A stretch of DNA of 64,000 nucleotides from Patescibacteria group bacterium. Its GTDB lineage: Bacteria; Patescibacteriota; Patescibacteriia; 2-02-FULL-49-11. Shown piece after piece: positions 18,387-26,891 of this stretch (the first letter of the stretch is position 1; every line of letters begins with the position of its first letter). Where the stretch lies: NCBI GenBank assembly GCA_041645165.1, contig JBAZQN010000008.1, positions 2,374-66,373 of the forward strand, read 5' to 3'. The translations under genes and the position numbers were made by a program. The notes below the pieces were generated by a model. That model ran no database searches, was not told the origin of the DNA, and saw only the letters and a program-made list of their open reading frames with translations.

Positions 18387-18557
18387 CTATTTCTCCTCTT
18401 CCACGATGACCGTAGTAAAATTTCCTTGCGCGTCAATTCCAGTCACTTCTAGTGTCATGCCGCACTGTTCGCATTCAACAACTTCGCCTTTGCTTAAAGC
18501 GCCACGCTCATAATCAAGCTCATTTTTGCATTCAGGGCATGTGGTATGGTAATCCAT
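18387..18557 (-). CDS. LysW-like small zinc-ribbon protein (56 aa; absent from the ORF track because it is under 60 aa).
   Basis: MDYHTTCPECKNELDYERGALSKGEVVECEQCGMTLEVTGIDAQGNFTTVIVEEEK. The CPEC...CEQC spacing and the ...LEV.G.D... pattern resemble the alpha-aminoadipate carrier protein LysW. Acidic C-terminal tail ending in EEEK (LysW ends in Glu). Confidence 0.5.
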   Translation of the reverse strand: MDYHTTCPECKNELDYERGALSKGEVVECEQCGMTLEVTGIDAQGNFTTVIVEEEK

Positions 18558-18638
18558 ATGAAATATTGTTAAATTGTTACATTGCTGTACTGTTAAGCAA
18601 TAACAGTGTAGCCATATTACAGTGTATCAATCAATCCA

Positions 18639-19586
18639 ATGAAATTGCAACCCACCCCCCTTCAGAAATGCATTTTTCCTCTCCTCCCGGAAAACTGTAT
18701 GGGTAGAATAATATATATCAAGCGAGAGGACTTGAATCCTTCCGGTTCCCATAAAGATAGGGCGCTTTTTCCCTATGTCGATAAATTAGTGAAGAAGGGG
18801 GAGGAGGCATTTTGCCTAAGCTCTTCGGGCAACTTTGCCGTTTCTGCCGCGTATTATGCGCACCATCATACACAGGTTCAATTCCATCTTTTTCTTCCTC
18901 CAACGATTTCCCAAGAAAAAAAAGACAGATTAAACGAATACAAGACTGACAACGTAATTATTCACTGGTCAAAATTGGCAAAAAGCGAAGCAGGTCAATT
19001 TAGCCGTAAAACACATATACGTCTATTACGAGGGTCGAAGGACGATTGCTTACTTGAAGGGTACTATGAGTTAGTAAGAGAATTAGTAGAACAGACTAAA
19101 GGTAAAGGAGGGAGTGTTTTTATGGCTGTATCTTCAGGAACAATGTTGGTAGGGTTATGGGAGGGATTTCAAAATAATCCAAAATCCAAAATCTCCCGCC
19201 ATAGCGGGATCTCGCATATCTTAGAGAATCAGATTCAAGGTGCGGGACAAATACCCAATTTTTATATTGTGCAATCGACGAGGGTGCATCCTATCGCGAG
19301 TGAGTTTGATAGCGATTTTACGCCAACAAAATCTTCCATAGCATCAGCCATTGTGGATCGCGTCGCAAATCGTAAAGATCAGGTGGTCAACGCGGTTAAA
19401 GAAAGCCACGGATCGGGATGGATCGTATCTGATGAAGAAATTACAATTGCGATGAAAAAGTTAGCCGGAGTTCTGCATGAAAACGTGAGTCCGGAAAGCG
19501 CCATGTCGCTCGCGGGTTTACAAAAGGCTTGTTCAAAAGGTTTTCATGTAAAGAAACCGATTGTATTAATTTTTACTGGGAAATAG
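18639..19586 (+). CDS. Fold-type II PLP-dependent enzyme (Trp-synthase-beta / Cys-synthase / Thr-synthase superfamily).
   Basis: TPL...IYIKREDLNPSGSHKDRA (PLP-Lys motif) and the glycine loop AVSSGTMLVGL. Contains an in-frame ~69-nt repeat-element insertion after the NNPKSKI segment. Confidence 0.7.
   Translation: MKLQPTPLQKCIFPLLPENCMGRIIYIKREDLNPSGSHKDRALFPYVDKLVKKGEEAFCLSSSGNFAVSAAYYAHHHTQVQFHLFLPPTISQEKKDRLNEYKTDNVIIHWSKLAKSEAGQFSRKTHIRLLRGSKDDCLLEGYYELVRELVEQTKGKGGSVFMAVSSGTMLVGLWEGFQNNPKSKISRHSGISHILENQIQGAGQIPNFYIVQSTRVHPIASEFDSDFTPTKSSIASAIVDRVANRKDQVVNAVKESHGSGWIVSDEEITIAMKKLAGVLHENVSPESAMSLAGLQKACSKGFHVKKPIVLIFTGK
19182..19262 (+). repeat. Same repeat family, copy C, located inside the PLP-enzyme CDS and read in-frame.
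   Basis: TCCAAAATCTCCCGCCATAGCGGGATCTCGCATATCTTAGAGAATCAGATTCAAGGTGCGGGACAAATACCCAAT is collinear with copies A and B. Encodes ...SKISRHSGISHILENQIQGAGQIPN. Confidence 0.7.
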
Positions 19587-19771
19587 TATGCCCAGTTATA
19601 CAATATCCAAGAGGGAGGCTCATACCTTTAGATGGGAAATTAATAGATTTCTAAGAATCAGTTTGAGAGCATCGAAAAACGCTTTCATTGCCTCCCTCAT
19701 CAAACGCCAAACGTGATCTTCAAGCTTTGTTATGAATCAATTCTCCAAGGTCGCATTTATTTCATGGATTT

Positions 19772-21163
19772 ATGCAATGCCAGCCCCGTTTGGCGTTGGA
19801 TATTGATATTCTGGGTATGGCGTTTTTCTATATTACTCGCGACATTGAGCGCGCAGCAGGATTTTTGGGCATACGTAATGATTATTATGTGATTACCTAT
19901 CCAAGTCCGCTGGCAGAGGCAATAAAGCACAAATTTAGTAAGCAAATCATTTTAATAAATCAAGTTACAAGCAACAAGAAACAAGTTACAAAATTGAGAG
20001 TGCGAAGTACGCTCGCATTGATAAGGAGTGAATATGTGCAGGAAAAGGTTCATGAGTTGCCAGATAAAGAGCAACCGAATATTTTAGTGTTTAAAAATTC
20101 TCATCAGATTGAAGAAGAGTGCGAAAAATTAAATTGGAAGCTGCTAAATCCTTCCGCAGAACTTTCTGGGAAGATTGAAAATAAGATTAGTCAATATAGT
20201 TGGCTTAGAGAAGAAAAGAGCGCTTCACTTGAGGTATTGACTCCTATAAGCATTATTGGCGAGGTTGGTCAATTTGAATATGAAGATTTAATGCGCCAGT
20301 TTGGAAAAGATTTTATTATGCAATATAACATCGGCCATACTGGGTCTGGAACGAAACGTATTATCAATGAACAATTGTGGAAAAATGAGGTTGTAAGGTT
20401 TCCCAAACGTATAGTAAAGATTTCGGAGTATATTAAGGGTAGGATGTATACTATCAATGCATGTGTGATAGGGGATAATAATGTAGTATGTGGAGGCACT
20501 AGCGAACAGATCACAGGTTTGAAGGAGCTCACAGGCAATCAGCTAGCGACAGTTGGGAATGATTGGAACAGCGTGAGCGAAGAGACGCATAATAAGGTAA
20601 AAAAAATTGCCGTGGAAATAGGCAAATATATGATGCAGAACGGATGGAGGGGATTATTTGGCATTGACGTGATCATTGATGCGGCCGCAGACCGGGCATA
20701 TCTTATAGAAATAAACGCACGGCAGCCGGCATCGGTTAGCTTAGAGTCGCAATTACAAAATGAAAACGACGAAATAAATATTATGGAATGGCATGTAAAT
20801 ACGTTATGTGGTAATAACGCCCCCCAACCCCCTCTTATATTAAGAGGGAGAGATTGGAGAGTTACAGGATCTCAATTATTTTTCCGCAATATTGAAAATC
20901 ATCCAGTTTCGTTGCAAAATGAATTTTTGCCGGGTCGCTACAAGGCAGACAAACAAGGACATGAGTTTATTGAAAAAGCAACAAGTGTGGCTGAAACGCA
21001 AAAAGGTGAAATATTTGCTTTTTCGGTTTCTCAAAATGAAAAGGTAAAACCAGGCGGAGAACTCTTGAGAATACAGTCAAAACAAGGTATAGTTGACACG
21101 TTTGGTAAAAATTATCTCGATGTTATGAGAAGTATTCGTAAAGAAATACAGATTGAAATATGA
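19772..21163 (+). CDS. ATP-grasp family ligase.
   Basis: GWRGLFGIDVIIDAAADRAYLIEINARQ is the ATP-grasp C-terminal signature. The upstream central domain carries a Lys-rich ATP-binding region. The start codon is uncertain (the ORF track gives the longest version). Confidence 0.65.
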   Translation: MQCQPRLALDIDILGMAFFYITRDIERAAGFLGIRNDYYVITYPSPLAEAIKHKFSKQIILINQVTSNKKQVTKLRVRSTLALIRSEYVQEKVHELPDKEQPNILVFKNSHQIEEECEKLNWKLLNPSAELSGKIENKISQYSWLREEKSASLEVLTPISIIGEVGQFEYEDLMRQFGKDFIMQYNIGHTGSGTKRIINEQLWKNEVVRFPKRIVKISEYIKGRMYTINACVIGDNNVVCGGTSEQITGLKELTGNQLATVGNDWNSVSEETHNKVKKIAVEIGKYMMQNGWRGLFGIDVIIDAAADRAYLIEINARQPASVSLESQLQNENDEINIMEWHVNTLCGNNAPQPPLILRGRDWRVTGSQLFFRNIENHPVSLQNEFLPGRYKADKQGHEFIEKATSVAETQKGEIFAFSVSQNEKVKPGGELLRIQSKQGIVDTFGKNYLDVMRSIRKEIQIEI

Positions 21164-21912
21164 TCTTCACATTGCCAGAATTCTGCCAAAATGTAATGAA
21201 CGCCTATGAATCTCTTGATTTCGGTCTTAGGCGTCATGTGAGGTGTCCTTATTACATGAATGCAGGGGTTCGGAAACGCGCAGCATCTGCGGTCGAATCG
21301 GGAAAGGGATCGCCGGAAGAGATTATAAAAGAAGTGAAATCATGCGCGCTGATTAAGAAAATTGATTTAGCCAAACTTTCAGGAAATGAAATTAGGCAAT
21401 TGATGGTTGACGAACGCATAGGCATTGATTGTTCGGGATTGGTCTCCCATATTCTTGATCCATGGGTAAAGGAAGCATCCCATACCACACTTGGACAGTC
21501 ATTGCTGCGCACGCAATATTCATTAAAAAGAAAATTATTATTACATTTTCGCCCTTTTCAGAATATTGACGTCACATTGCTTACCTCCCTGGAAAATGCG
21601 CATGGTGTTTTGCTCACTGATATTAAGCCTGGCGATTTGATACGCACGCGCGGGGGGAAACACGTGCTTCTTATTTATGAAGTTGAAAAAGACCAAGAGC
21701 GTATCATTTCCTTTTCCTTTGTTCATTCAAGCGACCGTTTTGGAGATAACTCGGGAATACAGCGAGGAAAAGTTCTCTTTACGAATTCCAGGGGTGAGCT
21801 TCATGAACAACAATGGCAGGAATCATTGCCAGACCAGAAACCTGCGTTAGAAGGTTGGCTTGAAGAAAGAGAAAAAAACGGGATTTTTAGACTGAAATGC
21901 GTGGCTTTATGA
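21160..21912 (+). CDS. Papain-fold (NlpC/P60- or CHAP-like) cysteine peptidase/amidase.
   Basis: IGIDCSGLVSHIL (catalytic Cys context) and a downstream GDLIRTRGGKHVLLIYEV (His). Overlaps the ATP-grasp stop by 4 nt and mraY by 16 nt (operon). Confidence 0.45.
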   Translation: MIFTLPEFCQNVMNAYESLDFGLRRHVRCPYYMNAGVRKRAASAVESGKGSPEEIIKEVKSCALIKKIDLAKLSGNEIRQLMVDERIGIDCSGLVSHILDPWVKEASHTTLGQSLLRTQYSLKRKLLLHFRPFQNIDVTLLTSLENAHGVLLTDIKPGDLIRTRGGKHVLLIYEVEKDQERIISFSFVHSSDRFGDNSGIQRGKVLFTNSRGELHEQQWQESLPDQKPALEGWLEEREKNGIFRLKCVAL

Positions 21913-23027
21913 CATCTTTGAATATTATTGTAATAAGTTTAGGTTATCTCATTCTTGCCTGCGTCGTCGCGTTTGCGTGGGCGCCGTTGTTAACCACGAT
22001 CCTGTACCGTTGGAAAATATTGCGTACAGGCGACCACAGGTTTGCCATCCCGCTTCCCGGACGCCAAGCAAAACACGGGACTCCTATCATGGGAGGATTA
22101 TTGGTGGTGGTCACCGTGGCGGCGTTAAGCTTCTTATTTAATTGGAACCAGCGTTTCACGTGGGTTCCTATTGGCGTGATGCTTCTCTCTAGCGCGCTGG
22201 GAGGCATTGATGACATATTGAATATTTATGGAAGCAAACGGCTCATGCGATCCCTTGAGCATACGATGACTCTCGCGCGCGTCCATCGTGATTGGTGGAT
22301 GAGATGGTATTACCGCCTTTCCATCCCATGGGTTGCCTATAAGCGTTTCTTTTTTCACATGGGCTCTTATCCGGGGAAGGGGATACAAGCGCATGAAAAA
22401 ATATTGTTTCAATTCATTGCAGGTGCGATTACTGCATGGTGGATCTACGCAAAGCTTGGTCCTGAATGGAAAGCCATTTGGTTGCCATGGAGCGGAGAGC
22501 TTTCATTGGGGATACTTCTCGTTCCCCTCATCATTCTTACGGTTATGGCAACGGCTAATGCGGTTAATATTGCCGATGGGCTTGACGGTTTGGCGGGAGG
22601 TACGCTGCTCACTGCGTTTGGCGGCTTGCTTATGCTCTCATGGATACAAGGGAACGTGGCATTCGCCATCCTCAATGCCACGGTGATAGGAAGCCTCTTT
22701 ACGTATACCTATTTTAATATCAAACCTGCGCGGTTCCAGATGGGTGACGTGGGATCATTGGGCCTTGGTGCGCTGTTGGCAGTTATGAGTATCGCGCAAA
22801 ACCGCATTGCGGTGCTGCCGTTGTTCGGATTTATTTTTTTTATAGAGCTCGCAAGTGTTATTATCCAATCAATTGGCAAGCGCATTCTCAACAAACGGAT
22901 ATTTATTCTTGCCCCTCTCCATCATCATTTTGAAGCACGCGGCTGGAGCGAAGAAAAAATTGTGATGCGCGCATGGGTGCTGAATGCCATCGCAGTTATG
23001 ATCGGGATATGGGTAGCGTTACATTGA
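21897..23027 (+). CDS. mraY: Phospho-N-acetylmuramoyl-pentapeptide transferase MraY.
   Basis: NAVNIADGLDGLAGG, FQMGDVGSLGLGALLA and HHHFE are GT4 MraY/WecA motifs. About 10 TM helices. Ends with tandem stops TGA-TAA. Confidence 0.85.
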   Translation: MRGFMTSLNIIVISLGYLILACVVAFAWAPLLTTILYRWKILRTGDHRFAIPLPGRQAKHGTPIMGGLLVVVTVAALSFLFNWNQRFTWVPIGVMLLSSALGGIDDILNIYGSKRLMRSLEHTMTLARVHRDWWMRWYYRLSIPWVAYKRFFFHMGSYPGKGIQAHEKILFQFIAGAITAWWIYAKLGPEWKAIWLPWSGELSLGILLVPLIILTVMATANAVNIADGLDGLAGGTLLTAFGGLLMLSWIQGNVAFAILNATVIGSLFTYTYFNIKPARFQMGDVGSLGLGALLAVMSIAQNRIAVLPLFGFIFFIELASVIIQSIGKRILNKRIFILAPLHHHFEARGWSEEKIVMRAWVLNAIAVMIGIWVALH

Positions 23028-23029
23028 TA

Positions 23030-23133
23030 AATTCCAAATCCCAATATCCAATTCCCAATAAAGCTCCAAGCCCCAATTTCCAAAATTGATTATTTGACAT
23101 TTGGATTTTGAAATTGGGATTTATTCACGAAAT
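23030..23133. repeat. Palindromic tandem-arm element (AAATCCCAAT / ATTGGGATTT type) between mraY and ftsW.
   Basis: ccaaatcccaatatccaattcccaat...ccaaaattgattatttgacatttggattttgaaattgggattt. The 3' end is nearly identical to the 16691-16810 element. Confidence 0.7.
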
Positions 23134-24237
23134 ATGCCTCTCTCCTCAACCGTGCATGCCGTTGATTACAAACTCCTAGGACTTATATTATTACTGACCA
23201 TTTTTGGCCTCGTGATGCTCGCCTCTGCTTCAAACGTGCTTGGTTTTGAACGTTTTGGCGATACTTACTATTTCACCAAACAGCAGCTTTTACATGTAGG
23301 TGTTGGGTTGATCGCGATGCTGGTAAGCATAAAAATTTCACCTGCGCTATGGCAAAAATTGGCTTTCCCCGCATTTGCGGTGACGTTAGTATTGCTCGTA
23401 TTAGTGTTCATCCCCGGTATTGGCATCACCATAAATAATGCAAAAAGCTGGATCAATGTCGGCGTGAGTACCTTACAGCCGTCAGAAATTGCCAAACTTA
23501 CGTTTCTCCTCTACATATGCGTCTGGTTTAAAAAACGTAAAACACATCTTACCAGCACGCTCTACGGCCTTTTGCCTTTTTTGACCCTTCTGGGGCTGCT
23601 TGCAGGATTGGTGTTCCTGCAACCAGATCCAGGCACGGTAGCAATAATCATTATTATGTCACTCGGAGTATTTTATGGCGCAGGAGCCAAATATACCCAT
23701 ATATTTTCTCTTACAATTATTGCAGTTATGCTTATTGGTTCTGCTATCCTTATTTCACCTTATCGTAAAGACAGGGTTGCGGTGTTTTTAAACCCTGAGA
23801 GAGACCCTACCGGCGTTGGGTACCACGTAAATCAATCCATGATTGCGATTGGCTCCGGCGGTTGGTGGGGTTTGGGATTAGGAAAATCTCGCCAAAAATT
23901 CAGCTATTTGCCGGAATCAGCAGGCGACTCGATTTTTGCGGTTATTGGTGAAGAAGGCGGATTTATCGTATCTGTGGGATTGATAATTCTTTTAGGGATA
24001 TTGATCTATAGACTATTTGATATAGCATCAAGGGTGCCGGATGAATTTAGCCGTTACTTTGTGTTGGGCGTTATTTTTTGGATTGGGGTCCAGTCATTTG
24101 TAAATATGGCCGCGATGATAGGAATTGTTCCGCTCACCGGTCTTCCTTTGCCCCTGGTGAGTTTTGGGGGGACCGCGGTACTCAGTACACTTACTGCGTT
24201 GGGTGTTTGTCTAAGCATATCTCGCACTACTGCATAA
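23101..24237 (+). CDS. ftsW: SEDS-family peptidoglycan polymerase FtsW/RodA.
   Basis: GSGGWWGLGLGKSRQKFSYLPESAGDSIFAVIGEEGGF is the SEDS signature. The real start is probably around 23134 (MPLSSTV...). Confidence 0.85.
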   Translation: MDFEIGIYSRNMPLSSTVHAVDYKLLGLILLLTIFGLVMLASASNVLGFERFGDTYYFTKQQLLHVGVGLIAMLVSIKISPALWQKLAFPAFAVTLVLLVLVFIPGIGITINNAKSWINVGVSTLQPSEIAKLTFLLYICVWFKKRKTHLTSTLYGLLPFLTLLGLLAGLVFLQPDPGTVAIIIIMSLGVFYGAGAKYTHIFSLTIIAVMLIGSAILISPYRKDRVAVFLNPERDPTGVGYHVNQSMIAIGSGGWWGLGLGKSRQKFSYLPESAGDSIFAVIGEEGGFIVSVGLIILLGILIYRLFDIASRVPDEFSRYFVLGVIFWIGVQSFVNMAAMIGIVPLTGLPLPLVSFGGTAVLSTLTALGVCLSISRTTA

Positions 24238-24244
24238 TAATATT

Positions 24245-25324
24245 ATGAAGATACGTCCAATTATTTTTTCAGGAGGAGGAACCCTTGGATCAGTCATGCC
24301 GTTGGTCAGCGTTATCGAACAATTCAAAAAGCGCTATTCAAATGAAATATGTTGGTGCGGCACGTATAAAGGGCCTGAGCGAAACGTGCTTCGTTCGCTG
24401 TCAATCCATTATACGCCTTTTTTAGGCGGTAAATTCCGCAGGTATATTTCATGGAAAACATTCATTGATCCGCTCTTCATAGTAATGGGGTTTTTCCAAT
24501 CGGTGTTTTTTTTCTTATTCAAAAAACCTGTTGCGATAGTTTCTGCGGGAAGCTTTATTTCAGTGCCCCTCCTGTGGGTAGCGTGGTTTTTTCAAATCCC
24601 CACCATTGCATTACAGCTTGACGTTAAGCTTGGTTTGGCGAATCGTCTGGTACTCCCATTCCTTTCGCAATTTGGGTCTCTGTTCCCTTTGCCCCAACAT
24701 TCCGTCCCCATAGCATGCCCTGTGCGGAGTGCCATTCTCGCACTATCCAGTGAGAGGGATAAAATGAAAAAGGAAGCCCTGCTCCGATTTTCATTTGCCA
24801 CAAAGCCCACCATTCTCGTCTTAGGCGGAGGAATTGGCGCTGAACCGCTGAACGCACTTGTGCAGGAATCAATCCATAGCCTCCTTCTCACGTTTAACGT
24901 TTTACACAGTACAGGAACATCAATTAGCCAGAAGGGTAAGCAATTATCCGGATATCGAGCACAGCCATTTTTTGGCGATGATCTGATCTTTGCTTACGCG
25001 GCCGCAGACATAATTATCAGCCGTGCGGGCATGGGCACCATTACTGAAGCCGCCGCTCTCAAAGCGCCGCTCATCCTTATACCGCTTCCACATTCTCCAC
25101 AGGAGCACAATGCTGTACTGCTTGCCAAGTCCGGCGCTGCAGTGGTCCTGCATCAAAATAATTTGACATCTTCCATGTTTATTAATACCCTCACGAAACT
25201 ATTAGCTGATCAAGTTTCCCTTAATGCGCTAGGTGCTTCTCTTCACAGAGCTATTCCGGTCGATGACGGTTCATCGGTGATTTCACTGATAAATAATTGT
25301 TCACCAAAACTTATAACACGATAA
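24245..25324 (+). CDS. murG: UDP-GlcNAc:undecaprenyl-PP-MurNAc-pentapeptide GlcNAc transferase MurG.
   Basis: GGGTLGSVMPL N-terminal G-loop and the C-terminal GT28 domain (RAGMGTITEAAALKAPLILIPLPHS). Confidence 0.85.
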   Translation: MKIRPIIFSGGGTLGSVMPLVSVIEQFKKRYSNEICWCGTYKGPERNVLRSLSIHYTPFLGGKFRRYISWKTFIDPLFIVMGFFQSVFFFLFKKPVAIVSAGSFISVPLLWVAWFFQIPTIALQLDVKLGLANRLVLPFLSQFGSLFPLPQHSVPIACPVRSAILALSSERDKMKKEALLRFSFATKPTILVLGGGIGAEPLNALVQESIHSLLLTFNVLHSTGTSISQKGKQLSGYRAQPFFGDDLIFAYAAADIIISRAGMGTITEAAALKAPLILIPLPHSPQEHNAVLLAKSGAAVVLHQNNLTSSMFINTLTKLLADQVSLNALGASLHRAIPVDDGSSVISLINNCSPKLITR

Positions 25325-25441
25325 TTCACAATATTGGAACTTCAATCTTTCGCGTTATTCTGCGTCATCATCAGCGTTCTTCCGCATCTATGAGGCATAG
25401 AAGCAGATGCACGCAGAAGTAAACTAAAGTATGTAATTTAT

Positions 25442-26854
25442 ATGGTAATGCATAAAAAACAAGTTGATTTTTCTAAAGTGTCCAACATATATTTTATCGG
25501 CATAGGCGACGAATTTTGTGCTGCAATAGCCGAATGTCTGCATCATTGGGGGAAAAAAGTCAGCGGTTCCGATACAGTGGCAAACGCGCGCACTGCGCAT
25601 CTTTCCCAAATAGGAATAATGTGCCATATTAGTCCGTCACAATCCTTTGTCCCCGTACACACTGATATGGTCATTTTTTCACCGCGTGCGCATACGCACC
25701 CTGATGTCCTTAACGCCAAGCACTGGGGATTGCCTTTACACACTCCCTATGAATGTATCGGATTCATGAGTACGATCCGCACCACCATAGCAGTATCCGG
25801 CTGCCATGGCAAAACTACGGTGGCGGCTTACATAGGTTCGCTGCTTGAAAAAGCGGGTCGCGACCCAAGCGTCGTGGTAAGGACCGATGTTGACGCCTGG
25901 AAAAGCAATGTGCGCACCGGTTTCGGCAGTTATTTTGTGGTAGAAGCCGATGAGAATAAGAAGCATTTCCTTTCGCTCGTTCCCTCGATAGCGTTGTTCC
26001 TGAACATAGAACCGGATCATTTGGACTATTTTGAAAATATACAAAATATCATCAATGCATACCACGCCTTTGCGAAAAATGTAAAACGCGATGGCGCGGT
26101 TATCGCCAATGGCGATGATGAAAATATCATAGCTGCACTTAAAAAAGTTAATAACCGCATTATTTGGTTTGGCCGGCGTGAAGGCGTCGACGTGCGAGCG
26201 TTGAACGTGCAGTCGACGCGAGGACGCACTTCTTTTTCCGTGCACATCAAAAAGGGTGAGCACGATGAAGAATACCATATGGAACTGCCAGGCGAACACC
26301 AGCTTACTAATGCGCTTGCCGTTATTGCCACCGCTCATTATCTGGAGATTCCTTTTAATCTTGCACGTGAAATACTCCTTTCCTACCATGGCGCCAATAG
26401 GCATGTAAGCCTTATAGGAAAGGCAAATGGCATCGATGTTATAGATGACGCAGCAGATTATCCATCAACCATTAAAACTGTTCTTAAAGGCATTAAAGAA
26501 CAATACCCGGATAAGCCTCTTTGGTGCATATTCCAAGCCTATGGCAAAAAACGCACAGACTTTATGCAGGATGAGCTCGCACAAGCTTTTACCCATGCAG
26601 ACCATGTGATTCTTCGCCCTGTGAAAATGAACGATGAGGAAAGAGGCGGGGTTTCGTCTTCTCATAACCTAATCCACGCGGTCAAGGCGTATCATCCATT
26701 GGTAACCGACGGTCAAAATGACTATACATTGGCAAAAATTCTGGCTCAAATTCCTTCTAGTGCCGTATTGGTAACCATGGGCGCAGAACCGGTGAGAAGC
26801 GTAGGCGAGCATTTCTTAAAGCTTAGGCAGAAAAAACACAGTGTAGATACTTGA
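25442..26854 (+). CDS. murC: UDP-N-acetylmuramate--L-alanine ligase MurC (Mur ligase family).
   Basis: IYFIGIGDEF...SGSD N-terminal domain and P-loop AVSGCHGKTTVAAY. Position after murG. Confidence 0.75.
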   Translation: MVMHKKQVDFSKVSNIYFIGIGDEFCAAIAECLHHWGKKVSGSDTVANARTAHLSQIGIMCHISPSQSFVPVHTDMVIFSPRAHTHPDVLNAKHWGLPLHTPYECIGFMSTIRTTIAVSGCHGKTTVAAYIGSLLEKAGRDPSVVVRTDVDAWKSNVRTGFGSYFVVEADENKKHFLSLVPSIALFLNIEPDHLDYFENIQNIINAYHAFAKNVKRDGAVIANGDDENIIAALKKVNNRIIWFGRREGVDVRALNVQSTRGRTSFSVHIKKGEHDEEYHMELPGEHQLTNALAVIATAHYLEIPFNLAREILLSYHGANRHVSLIGKANGIDVIDDAADYPSTIKTVLKGIKEQYPDKPLWCIFQAYGKKRTDFMQDELAQAFTHADHVILRPVKMNDEERGGVSSSHNLIHAVKAYHPLVTDGQNDYTLAKILAQIPSSAVLVTMGAEPVRSVGEHFLKLRQKKHSVDT

Positions 26855-26891
26855 ATATCGCATTAAAAGGTGTACACTATTTATTATTAAC

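Noticed and set aside
18387-18557. Calling the 56-aa zinc-ribbon protein a bona fide LysW orthologue (lysine/arginine biosynthesis carrier).
   Set aside because: The C-terminal residue is Lys (…EEEK), not the Glu whose gamma-carboxyl is the attachment site. No lysZ/lysY/lysJ/lysK genes are nearby. It is retained only as 'LysW-like' with the carrier hypothesis flagged as unproven.
22134-22412. A possible insertion in MraY (extra ~60 aa between TM helices) as a separate domain.
   Set aside because: MraY cytoplasmic loop lengths vary and no independent motif was recognised, so it is not reported as a feature.
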